Shown: positions 27,633 through 36,420 of the stretch, piece after piece
Numbering within the stretch: position 1 is the first letter of the stretch
Layout of the letters: every line of letters starts with the position of its first letter
Source: an uncultured Mycoplasmatota bacterium
GTDB taxonomy: Bacteria; Bacillota_I; Bacilli_A; RF39; UBA660
Assembly (NCBI GenBank): GCA_946402735.1
Contig: CAMIXH010000001.1
Location: 239,175-303,174 of the forward strand
DNA: 64,000 nt
Direction of reading: 5' to 3'
Made by a program: the position numbers and the translations under genes
Notes under the pieces: generated by a model
Told to the model about the DNA's origin: nothing
Databases searched by the model: none
What the model saw: the letters and a program-made list of their open reading frames with translations, nothing else

Positions 27633-29120
27633 ATGGAAAGAGTATTAACAGAACAAGAAATTGTTAGAAGAGAAAAAGCAGAAAAACTAAGAGAGATGGG
27701 GCTTGATCCTTTCGGACAAAGATTCGAAAGAGATTCATATGCTGAAGAATTAAAGGAAAAGTATAAAGATACTACTCATGATGAATTTGAAACTATGGAA
27801 GATACAGCTACTGTAGTAGGTAGAATTATGTTTATTAGAAAGATGGGTAAAGCATCATTCTTTAATATTCAAGATAAGACTGGTAGAATTCAAATTTATA
27901 TTTCAATCAATGATGTAGGAGAAGAAAGTTATGCTTTATTTAAGACTGCTGATATTGGTGATATAGTAGGTGTACATGGTAAAGTAATGAAGACTAATAG
28001 TGGCGAGTTAACTATTAAGTGTTTAGAATATACTCATTTAGTAAAAGCATTAAGACCACTACCAGAAAAGTTCCATGGTTTAACTGATATAGAAGAAAGA
28101 TATAGAAGACGTTATGTTGATTTAATCATGAATGATGAATCAAGACGTGTTGCTTTCATGAGACCAAGAATTATTAGATGTATTCAAAATTTCTTAGATA
28201 ATCAAGGCTTTGTAGAAGTTGAAACACCAATTTTAACAAGCTTACTTACTGGTGCTAGTGCTCGTCCATTTGTAACTCATCATAATGCCCAAGATATAGA
28301 TATGTATTTAAGAATTGCTCTTGAACTTAATCTAAAGAGACTTCTTGTTGGTGGAATGGAAAGAGTATATGAAATAGGAAGAACATTCAGAAATGAAGGA
28401 ATGGATCCACAACATAATCCAGAATTCACTATGATGGAAATATATCAAGCATATTCTGACCTTGAAGGTATGATGGATTTAACAGAAAGAATGTATAAAG
28501 AAATAGCTAATAAAGTATGTGGAAAAACTACATTTAAATATTTAGGTCATGAAATAGATTTAAATGGTAAATGGAAGAGAATTTCTATGACTGATGCTAT
28601 TAAAGAAAAAACTGGTATTGATTTTAGAAAGATTACTGATTTAGATGAATGTTTAAAATTAGCAGAAGAACATGGTATTGAACTAGAAAATCATGAAAAA
28701 CAATATGGTCATATAGTTAATAAATTCTTTGAAAAATATGTAGAAGAAACATTAATTGAACCAACATTCTTATATGGTCATCCAATTGAAATATCACCAC
28801 TTACTAAGAAAGAACCAGGTGATGATAGATTTACTCAAAGATTTGAATTATTTATTTCAGGACATGAATGTGCTAATGCATATACAGAGTTAAATGATCC
28901 AATCGATCAATTAGAAAGATTTGAACATCAATTAGAAGAAAAAGATATGGGTAATGAAGAAGCAAATGATATTGATATGGATTTTGTAGAAGCTCTTGAA
29001 TATGGTATGCCTCCAACTGGTGGAATAGGTTATGGAATTGATAGAATGATAATGTTATTTACAGAACAAGAATCAATTCGTGATGTATTACTATTCCCAA
29101 CTATGAAGGAAAGAAACTAA
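27633..29120 (+). CDS. lysS: lysine--tRNA ligase (class II)
   Basis: N-terminal OB anticodon-binding domain, then class II motifs (…FRNEG…, …GGIGYGIDRMIMLF…). Confidence 0.95.
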   Translation: MERVLTEQEIVRREKAEKLREMGLDPFGQRFERDSYAEELKEKYKDTTHDEFETMEDTATVVGRIMFIRKMGKASFFNIQDKTGRIQIYISINDVGEESYALFKTADIGDIVGVHGKVMKTNSGELTIKCLEYTHLVKALRPLPEKFHGLTDIEERYRRRYVDLIMNDESRRVAFMRPRIIRCIQNFLDNQGFVEVETPILTSLLTGASARPFVTHHNAQDIDMYLRIALELNLKRLLVGGMERVYEIGRTFRNEGMDPQHNPEFTMMEIYQAYSDLEGMMDLTERMYKEIANKVCGKTTFKYLGHEIDLNGKWKRISMTDAIKEKTGIDFRKITDLDECLKLAEEHGIELENHEKQYGHIVNKFFEKYVEETLIEPTFLYGHPIEISPLTKKEPGDDRFTQRFELFISGHECANAYTELNDPIDQLERFEHQLEEKDMGNEEANDIDMDFVEALEYGMPPTGGIGYGIDRMIMLFTEQESIRDVLLFPTMKERN

Positions 29121-29122
29121 TA

Positions 29123-29150
29123 AAAAAACACGTTAATACGTGTTTTTTAT
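29123..29150. terminator. bidirectional terminator between lysS and the convergent esterase gene
   Basis: Hairpin AAAACACG-ttaata-CGTGTTTT with flanking A/T runs. Confidence 0.7.
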
Positions 29151-29156
29151 TTGTTA

Positions 29157-30398
29157 TTAATTCCACATCCAGTCTAATGTATCTTTTGTTAGAGCTATTC
29201 CTGGCGCAGTTCCATGATTTGCTCCACTTAATGAATAGAATGTAGCATCTCCACCAAGTTTTTTAATATTTGATACAACTGAATTCATATCTCTATTATA
29301 TCTGCTTTCATCTTCACCAGCAGTACCAGCATATGCTCTAATTTTTGTTTTAACAAAGTTAGCATAATTAACTGAACCAGAATATGCTCCACAACTAATT
29401 GGTACAGCAGCGTAGAAGAATCCAGGATATTTATTTACCATATGCCATGTACCAATAGAACCTCTTGAGTGTCCACTTATTGATATTCTTTCTTTATTGC
29501 ATTGATATTCTTCACATACTTTATCAACTATACTTTTTACTTCTTCAAGTCTACCACTTGTTTCAGCCCACATACCACCATTTGGTGTAACTAGTATAAA
29601 TGGTAATTCAGCTCCATATGCACTTCTTGCTGCATTTAGGAAAGAAGATGATCCATCTGATCTACCACCACCATCACCATGTAAGAATAATATTAAAGGC
29701 ATCCCTGGCATAACGAGAGTAGGTGAATGTACAACATACGTCATTGTTTTACTTGTTCCTTTAGTTCCCTTAGGATTACCAGCTATTGGTTTAATAACTT
29801 TATCAAATTCTTCTTGCAATTTCTTTTTTACTTCAGGGTCAGTTATATTTTCTATCTTTTCTTTTACTTTGTTATATTTATCTAAACTAAAATTATTTTT
29901 TAAATCTATTATTTCATTTTTTATATCTATATATTGTTTTAAAACATTTAGTTCTTCTAATAATTCATTTTTAGTATCTTTATTTTTAATTCTAGAATTA
30001 ACATAATTATATGCGGTTTTATAATCATTTTCATTTAAAGTTTCATTAGCATAATCCATATATTTATGAGCCATATCTTTATATGCTTCATTTATTTTTT
30101 CAACAGTTGCATTAGTAATACATTTTGAATAATCTAGACTATTTTCAGTAATTTTAGCAATCACTGTAATAAAAGTAGGTATTAAGAATATAAGTATAGC
30201 AGCGATTACTCTTTTACTAACTAGTTTATTTGTTTTAACTAGAGCATCATTATCATTATCTTTTACAGCTTTTGTATAGTCTAACATAGTTCTAACTATA
30301 AGAATAATAGGTACTGCTACTTTAATAATAGTTATAACAATATCTATAATTCTCATAACACTAAGTACATCTGGATTATCACAAATATTTAGTATCAT
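29157..30398 (-). CDS. membrane-anchored alpha/beta-hydrolase esterase (PHB depolymerase/phospholipase-carboxylesterase-like) with N-terminal TM helices and coiled-coil linker
   Basis: Two N-terminal TM helices and a K/E/N-rich coiled coil. C-terminal domain has LILFLHGDGGG and GHSRGS (GxSxG). Confidence 0.65.
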   Translation of the reverse strand: MILNICDNPDVLSVMRIIDIVITIIKVAVPIILIVRTMLDYTKAVKDNDNDALVKTNKLVSKRVIAAILIFLIPTFITVIAKITENSLDYSKCITNATVEKINEAYKDMAHKYMDYANETLNENDYKTAYNYVNSRIKNKDTKNELLEELNVLKQYIDIKNEIIDLKNNFSLDKYNKVKEKIENITDPEVKKKLQEEFDKVIKPIAGNPKGTKGTSKTMTYVVHSPTLVMPGMPLILFLHGDGGGRSDGSSSFLNAARSAYGAELPFILVTPNGGMWAETSGRLEEVKSIVDKVCEEYQCNKERISISGHSRGSIGTWHMVNKYPGFFYAAVPISCGAYSGSVNYANFVKTKIRAYAGTAGEDESRYNRDMNSVVSNIKKLGGDATFYSLSGANHGTAPGIALTKDTLDWMWN

Positions 30399-30465
30399 AT
30401 TTTTTCACCATCATAATTATATCAAAAACTATTAAAAAATGTTATTATATTTATGGTGATATATA

Positions 30466-30792
30466 ATGAAAAAATATTTATACAATTATATTAGTGAGAT
30501 TGAAAAAAAGATAGAAAAAAACATTACTAAATCTGATATAGAAGAATTAGTAACTAAAATAGGTTTCTTTTCACATGAAAGATTAATTCATTTGTTAGTA
30601 ACATTATTTTTCGCAGCAATATCAATAGTATTTACAGTATTAAGTCTTCATTATTTGAATGTTTTAATGGCTGTTGTTACTATTATTTTATATGTTATGG
30701 TAATGTTTTATATTAAACATTATTATGACTTAGAAAATGGTGTTCAGTACTTATATAAGCTATATGATAAAATGAATAAAAAAGTAAAATAA
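30466..30792 (+). CDS. small membrane protein (two TM helices)
   Basis: 108 aa with hydrophobic stretches LVTLFFAAISIVFTVL and MAVVTIILYVMVMF. Confidence 0.4.
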   Translation: MKKYLYNYISEIEKKIEKNITKSDIEELVTKIGFFSHERLIHLLVTLFFAAISIVFTVLSLHYLNVLMAVVTIILYVMVMFYIKHYYDLENGVQYLYKLYDKMNKKVK

Positions 30793-30843
30793 TGAATTGA
30801 TATAAATATTTTTAATTAGTATAATAGATAATGGTGGAGTAAT

Positions 30844-33800
30844 ATGGAAGCTAAGCTTGAAAGATTTTTAAACACAATTAATTTTAATGAAGAAAACTAT
30901 AAGTATTTTGAAAATGCTTCTGTAAAGGAAGTTCTTTTAACTAAGAAAACTAATAGAATGACTCTAATATTAAATTTAGATAAATTATTCCCAATAGATG
31001 TATTTAAAGAATTATATGAGAAAGCTCATACTTTAAAAGGAGCAGAATCAGTAAGATTTAAATTTATTGTAAAAGAAAATAATATGTATTTTGATGATTA
31101 TTTTAACTATTATTTTGATATATTAGTTGATAATTGTCCAATGCTTAGAAGTATAGATAGAAATAAAATAACTATTAATGATAATAAGATTAGTTTTGAA
31201 GTATTAAACAATGCTGAAAAAGAGAAAATAGAATCTCTAGAAGAAAAGATAGAGACTTTTTTGGTTGATATGGGATTTGAAGATATTAGTGTTGAAGCTA
31301 ATATTAGTGAATCATTGAGACGTGAATTTGAAGAAGAAGTTAAAAAAGAAGAAATAACTTCTAAAGAAAATACTACTGTTGATAATGTTATTAAAGGAAG
31401 AAGTATTAAAGGAGAAGCTTCTTTAATTAAAAACTTAATCACTAATGAGAATAATGTAATAATAATTGGTGAGGTTTTTGGAGTAGAATCAAAGAACACT
31501 CAAAGTGGATGGAATATTATTACTATTAAGATTACTGATTATACTGATAGTATTGTTTCTAATATATTTACTAAAGATGAAGGTGAATTTAATAATTACT
31601 TAAAGAATATTAAAGAAGGTAAATGGTATAAATTTAGAGGTAATGTCAAATTTAATACAAGAAGTAATGATTATGAATTTGGTATAAATGATATAGAAGA
31701 ATTTGATCATAAAAAAGCAGAAATAGTAGATGATGCTCCCGTTAAAAGAGTAGAATTACATGCTCATACTATGATGAGTCAAATGGATGGACTTACTAAA
31801 ATTGATTTAGGAAAACATACATGTGAACTTGTTGAAAAATGTATTAAGATGGGATATAAAGGTGTAGCAATAACAGATCATAATGGTTGCCAAGCTTTCC
31901 CAATAGCATATCAAATTATTTCTAAGCATAATAAAGGATTAGAAGATAAAGATAAATTTAAAGGATTATATGGAACTGAACTAACTCTTGTAGATGATAT
32001 GATTACAATAGTTACTCGTCCAGTAGATACTCCATTTGAAGGATGTGAATTTGTTGTTTTTGATACAGAAACAACTGGTTTTAATGCTGCTAATGGAGAC
32101 ACTATGATTGAAATTGGTGCTGTTAAAATAAAAGATGGAAATATAACTGATAAGTTCGATCAACTAATTAATCCAGGAAGACATATTCCAGATAGAATAA
32201 CAGCAATAACAGATATTAGTGATGAAATGGTTAAAGATTGCCCTGATGAAAAAGAAGCAACTAAAAAGTTCTTAAAATGGGTAGGAGATGCACCACTTGT
32301 TGCTCATAATGCTAAGTTTGATACTAGCTTTTTAGAAATGGCAATGAAGAAATATAAACTTGGTACACTAGAGAATACAGTAATTGATACTTTAGAATTA
32401 TCTCGTGCTTTAGATCAAGGCTTTGCAAGACATAGTCTATCAGCACTTGTTAAAAGATATAATGTTCCTTTTGATGAAGAAAGTCACCATAGAGGTGACT
32501 ATGATGCAGAAGGTACTGCTTTAGTATTCCATAAAATGATGCAAAAACTAATTAATCAAAACATAGAAACAATTTCTGATATAGAAAAATTAGTATCTAA
32601 AAATGAAATACATAAATTTGGTAGAACTTATCATTTTAATGCTATTGCTTTAAATAGAGAAGGACTAAAGAATTTATTTAAAATAATTAGTCTTGCTAAC
32701 ACAACATATTTATATAAAACACCAAGAATACTAAGAAGTAAACTAAATGAATTAAGAAATGGTCTTCTTATTGGTAGTGGTTGTTATGAATCAGAAGTAT
32801 TTAGAGAAGCAACTAGTAAAGATGGTGAGGAATTAACAAATATTATTAACTTCTATGATTATGTAGAAGTACAAAGTCCTGAAGTATATAATCATTTAAT
32901 TCAAACAGGTGATTTTGAAAATGAGTTAGAACTTGAAAATCATATTAAGAAAGTTATTAATGCCACTAAGAGTGCAGGTAAAATAATAGTAGCAACAGGA
33001 GATGTTCATCATTTTACAAGAGAAGATAAAATATATAGAGAAATAATTGTTAATCAAAAAGTACCAGGTGGAGGAAGACATCCACTTGCAAAAAGTGAAA
33101 TTAAAGAAATACCATCTCAACATTTTAGAACTACTAATGAAATGTTAAGTGATTTTGAATTCTTAAATGATAAAGATCTAGCATACGAAATAGTAGTAGA
33201 AAACACTAATAAAATATGTGATATGGTAAGTGAAATAGAAGTAATAATAGATACAAAAGGAGTACCATTTAGTCCAAGAGTCAGAAGTGATGATGGAAAA
33301 AGTTATTTAGACTGTCCAAGAGTTGTTACTGATCTTGTATTTAATAAAGCAGAAGAATGGTATGGTAATCCTCTTCCACATAATATTGAAGAAAGAATTT
33401 CCAAAGAATTATATGGAGATGCTGTATACAATTATTGGTTTAATAAAATAAAAAATGATAATCCAGACATTAGCGAAGAAGAACTAACTAATCAGACATT
33501 TGATAAAATACATGAAACTCTTATAGAAGGATTCGATAAAGTAAAAGAATTAATGAGAGAAGTTGTTTTATCTAAATGGAGCGAAGAAGATGGAGAACAA
33601 ACTGAAGACGCCATTAATAAACATATAAAGAAAGAACTAGGTGGTATCATTGGTGGTGGATTTGATCCAATATACTTAATTGCTCAAAGACTTGTTAAAC
33701 ACTCTAATGATGATGGATATTTAGTTGGTTCAAGAGGTAGTGTAGGAAGTAGTTTTGTTGCTACTTTAATGGGAATTTCAGAGGTTAATGCATTACCACC

Positions 33801-35445
33801 TCATTATAGATGTACTAATTGTAAACATAGTGTTTTTAAAGATGAAGATGGAAAAGAACTAGGAGCAACATATTCTAGTGGTTTTGACTTGCCTGATAAA
33901 GAATGCCCTAAGTGTGGCACTATGATGAAAAAAGATGGTCAAGATATGCCATTTGCAACATTCTTAGGATTTAATGCTGATAAAGTACCAGATATTGATT
34001 TAAACTTTAGTGATTTAAATCAAGCTAGTGCTCATGAATATACAAAGGTATTATTCGGAGTAGATAATGTTTATCGTGCTGGTACTATTGGTACAGTAGC
34101 TGATAAAACAGCATATGGATTCGTTAAAGGATATTATGAAGATAAAGGTATATATGATAAGAGAAGTTGTGAAATAGAACGTCTTGCTAAAGGATGTACT
34201 GGTGTTAAAAGAACAACTGGTCAACACCCAGGAGGAATAGTTGTTGTTCCTGACTATATGGAAGTATCAGATTTTACACCATTCCAATACCCAGCAGATG
34301 ATCCAGAAAGTGCTTGGAGAACAACTCACTTTGATTACCATTCAATAGAAGAGGATTTATTAAAATTAGATATTCTTGGTCACTCTGATCCAACTCAACT
34401 TCGTTTAATACAAGATTTAAGTAAAACTAATGTATTAGATGTACCATTAGATGATAAAGACACTATGTCAATATTCTCTAGTTTAGATAAACTTGGTGTA
34501 ACTAGTGAACAAATAATGTGTCCAACTGGAACACTTGGTATTCCAGAATTTGGTACACCATTTACAATTGGTATGGTTGAAGAGACTAAACCAACAACAT
34601 TTGCAGAACTTGTTAAAATATCAGGTCTTTCTCATGGTACTGATGTATGGCTTGGTAATGCTCAAGAATTAATAAAGAATAATATTGTTCCATTTAAAGA
34701 AGTAATTGGGTGCCGTGATGATATTATGGTATATCTAATGTATAAAGGTTTAAAACCAATTAAAGCATTTAAAATAATGGAATTTGTTAGAAAAGGTAAA
34801 GCTAGTAAAGAACCAGAAACATGGGCAGAACATAAACAAACTATGGTAGATGCTGGTATTGAAGATTGGTTTATTGATTCATGTGAAAAAATAAAATACA
34901 TGTTTCCTAAAGCACATGCTGCTGCATATGTAACAAGCGCATTTAGAATAGCATGGTATAAGGTACATATGCCTGTTTATTTCTATGCATCATGGTTCTC
35001 AACAAAAGCAACTGACTTTGATATAGAATCTATGATTAAAGGATATGATGCTATTAAACAAAGACTTACTGAAATAAAAGAAAAAGGTTATGATGCTACT
35101 AATAAAGAAGATGGTATAAAAGAATCTTTAAATGTGGCTTTAGAAGCTTCAGCTCGTGGTATGAAGTTTGCTAATTTTGACCTTTATAAGAGTAAAGCAA
35201 CTACATTTGATGTTTCTGATGATAAAACTATGATTCCACCATTTATTACAATAGATGGTCTTGGTGAAACAGTTGCTAATAATATAGAAACTGAAGCTAA
35301 GAAGAAGAAATTTGTTAGTATAGAAGACTTCCAAAATAGATGTAAGGTTTCACAAACTTTAATTGATAAAATGAAATCAATGGGTATATTTGATGATATG
35401 CCAGAAAGTTCACAACTTAGTTTGTTTGATTTGGGGATAGAGTAG
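30844..35445 (+). CDS. polC: DNA polymerase III PolC-type (Gram-positive replicative polymerase with intrinsic 3'-5' exonuclease)
   Basis: 1533 aa. PHP domain (VELHAHTMMS), exonuclease motif FVVFDTETTG, zinc module CTNCKHS…CPKCG, and pol III alpha core. Confidence 0.95.
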   Translation: MEAKLERFLNTINFNEENYKYFENASVKEVLLTKKTNRMTLILNLDKLFPIDVFKELYEKAHTLKGAESVRFKFIVKENNMYFDDYFNYYFDILVDNCPMLRSIDRNKITINDNKISFEVLNNAEKEKIESLEEKIETFLVDMGFEDISVEANISESLRREFEEEVKKEEITSKENTTVDNVIKGRSIKGEASLIKNLITNENNVIIIGEVFGVESKNTQSGWNIITIKITDYTDSIVSNIFTKDEGEFNNYLKNIKEGKWYKFRGNVKFNTRSNDYEFGINDIEEFDHKKAEIVDDAPVKRVELHAHTMMSQMDGLTKIDLGKHTCELVEKCIKMGYKGVAITDHNGCQAFPIAYQIISKHNKGLEDKDKFKGLYGTELTLVDDMITIVTRPVDTPFEGCEFVVFDTETTGFNAANGDTMIEIGAVKIKDGNITDKFDQLINPGRHIPDRITAITDISDEMVKDCPDEKEATKKFLKWVGDAPLVAHNAKFDTSFLEMAMKKYKLGTLENTVIDTLELSRALDQGFARHSLSALVKRYNVPFDEESHHRGDYDAEGTALVFHKMMQKLINQNIETISDIEKLVSKNEIHKFGRTYHFNAIALNREGLKNLFKIISLANTTYLYKTPRILRSKLNELRNGLLIGSGCYESEVFREATSKDGEELTNIINFYDYVEVQSPEVYNHLIQTGDFENELELENHIKKVINATKSAGKIIVATGDVHHFTREDKIYREIIVNQKVPGGGRHPLAKSEIKEIPSQHFRTTNEMLSDFEFLNDKDLAYEIVVENTNKICDMVSEIEVIIDTKGVPFSPRVRSDDGKSYLDCPRVVTDLVFNKAEEWYGNPLPHNIEERISKELYGDAVYNYWFNKIKNDNPDISEEELTNQTFDKIHETLIEGFDKVKELMREVVLSKWSEEDGEQTEDAINKHIKKELGGIIGGGFDPIYLIAQRLVKHSNDDGYLVGSRGSVGSSFVATLMGISEVNALPPHYRCTNCKHSVFKDEDGKELGATYSSGFDLPDKECPKCGTMMKKDGQDMPFATFLGFNADKVPDIDLNFSDLNQASAHEYTKVLFGVDNVYRAGTIGTVADKTAYGFVKGYYEDKGIYDKRSCEIERLAKGCTGVKRTTGQHPGGIVVVPDYMEVSDFTPFQYPADDPESAWRTTHFDYHSIEEDLLKLDILGHSDPTQLRLIQDLSKTNVLDVPLDDKDTMSIFSSLDKLGVTSEQIMCPTGTLGIPEFGTPFTIGMVEETKPTTFAELVKISGLSHGTDVWLGNAQELIKNNIVPFKEVIGCRDDIMVYLMYKGLKPIKAFKIMEFVRKGKASKEPETWAEHKQTMVDAGIEDWFIDSCEKIKYMFPKAHAAAYVTSAFRIAWYKVHMPVYFYASWFSTKATDFDIESMIKGYDAIKQRLTEIKEKGYDATNKEDGIKESLNVALEASARGMKFANFDLYKSKATTFDVSDDKTMIPPFITIDGLGETVANNIETEAKKKKFVSIEDFQNRCKVSQTLIDKMKSMGIFDDMPESSQLSLFDLGIE

Positions 35446-36195
35446 ATGAAAATAGTAGTTTTAGCAAGTAGTAGTACAGGAAATTCTACATATGTTGAGT
35501 GTGGTAATATTAAGTTTTTAATAGATGCTGGAATGTCTTTTAGTTATATAAAAGAAAAGTTATTCACACTTGGTGTTACACCTGATGAAATAAACTTTAT
35601 TCTAGTAACACATGCCCATAATGATCATGTTAGATGTATTCATACATTTGCAAGAGTCTATGATACTAAAATATATATTGGAGAAAATACATATAAAGAG
35701 TATCAAAAGAAAGAGTACTTAAAAAATTATGAATTTGTTGAAGATATAGATAATATAATGGGAATTAATATTAAGAGAGTTCCTATCTCACATGATAAGA
35801 GTGGATATGGTTACATACTTGAGTATGATGGTATTAAACTAGCTTATATAACAGATACTGGTATGATTCATTCTAGATATCATGAAGCTTTTAATAATAT
35901 GGATGTATATTTATTTGAAAGTAATCATGATGTTGAAATGGAAATGAATGGCACTAAAGATGAAATGACTAAAATAAGAAATATTGGAGATGAAGGCCAC
36001 TTATCAAATGAAGATTGTGCTAGATATTTAAGTCATTTTGTTGGAGATAGAACTAAATATGTTATGCTTATGCATTTAAGTGAACATGATAATACTGTAG
36101 ATTTGGCCTTTGATACAAATAGAAAGTCTTTAGATAAAAGTATTTCACTATACGTATCAAAACCAAATGATATTAGTGATATAATAGAATTATAA
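35446..36195 (+). CDS. MBL-fold metallo-hydrolase
   Basis: HxHxDH motif VTHAHNDHV. Starts immediately after the polC stop. Confidence 0.75.
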   Translation: MKIVVLASSSTGNSTYVECGNIKFLIDAGMSFSYIKEKLFTLGVTPDEINFILVTHAHNDHVRCIHTFARVYDTKIYIGENTYKEYQKKEYLKNYEFVEDIDNIMGINIKRVPISHDKSGYGYILEYDGIKLAYITDTGMIHSRYHEAFNNMDVYLFESNHDVEMEMNGTKDEMTKIRNIGDEGHLSNEDCARYLSHFVGDRTKYVMLMHLSEHDNTVDLAFDTNRKSLDKSISLYVSKPNDISDIIEL

Positions 36196-36420
36196 AATAG
36201 CAGTACCAATTATTTTGATTGTCTAATTAATGATAGGATATCTAAAAGCAAGTGCTATATTTAATACTTATGATACTAATCATTCAGGTATTCAATCTAA
36301 ATATAATAAAGAACTATTTGATTGGATGTTATCTCAATAATAACTTGATTTAATATCAAGTTTTTTATTGAATAAAATGCATAAAAATGATATATTTATA
36401 TAGTATAGGTGTTGTAATAT

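Noticed and set aside
36229-36339. 36-aa ORF (MIGYLKASAIFNTYDTNHSGIQSKYNKELFDWMLSQ) between the MBL hydrolase and secA
   Set aside because: There is no RBS, and it is preceded by in-frame stops and followed by the terminator AACTTGATTTAATATCAAGTTTTTT. It is more likely non-coding or a gene remnant, and there is too little evidence to call it.
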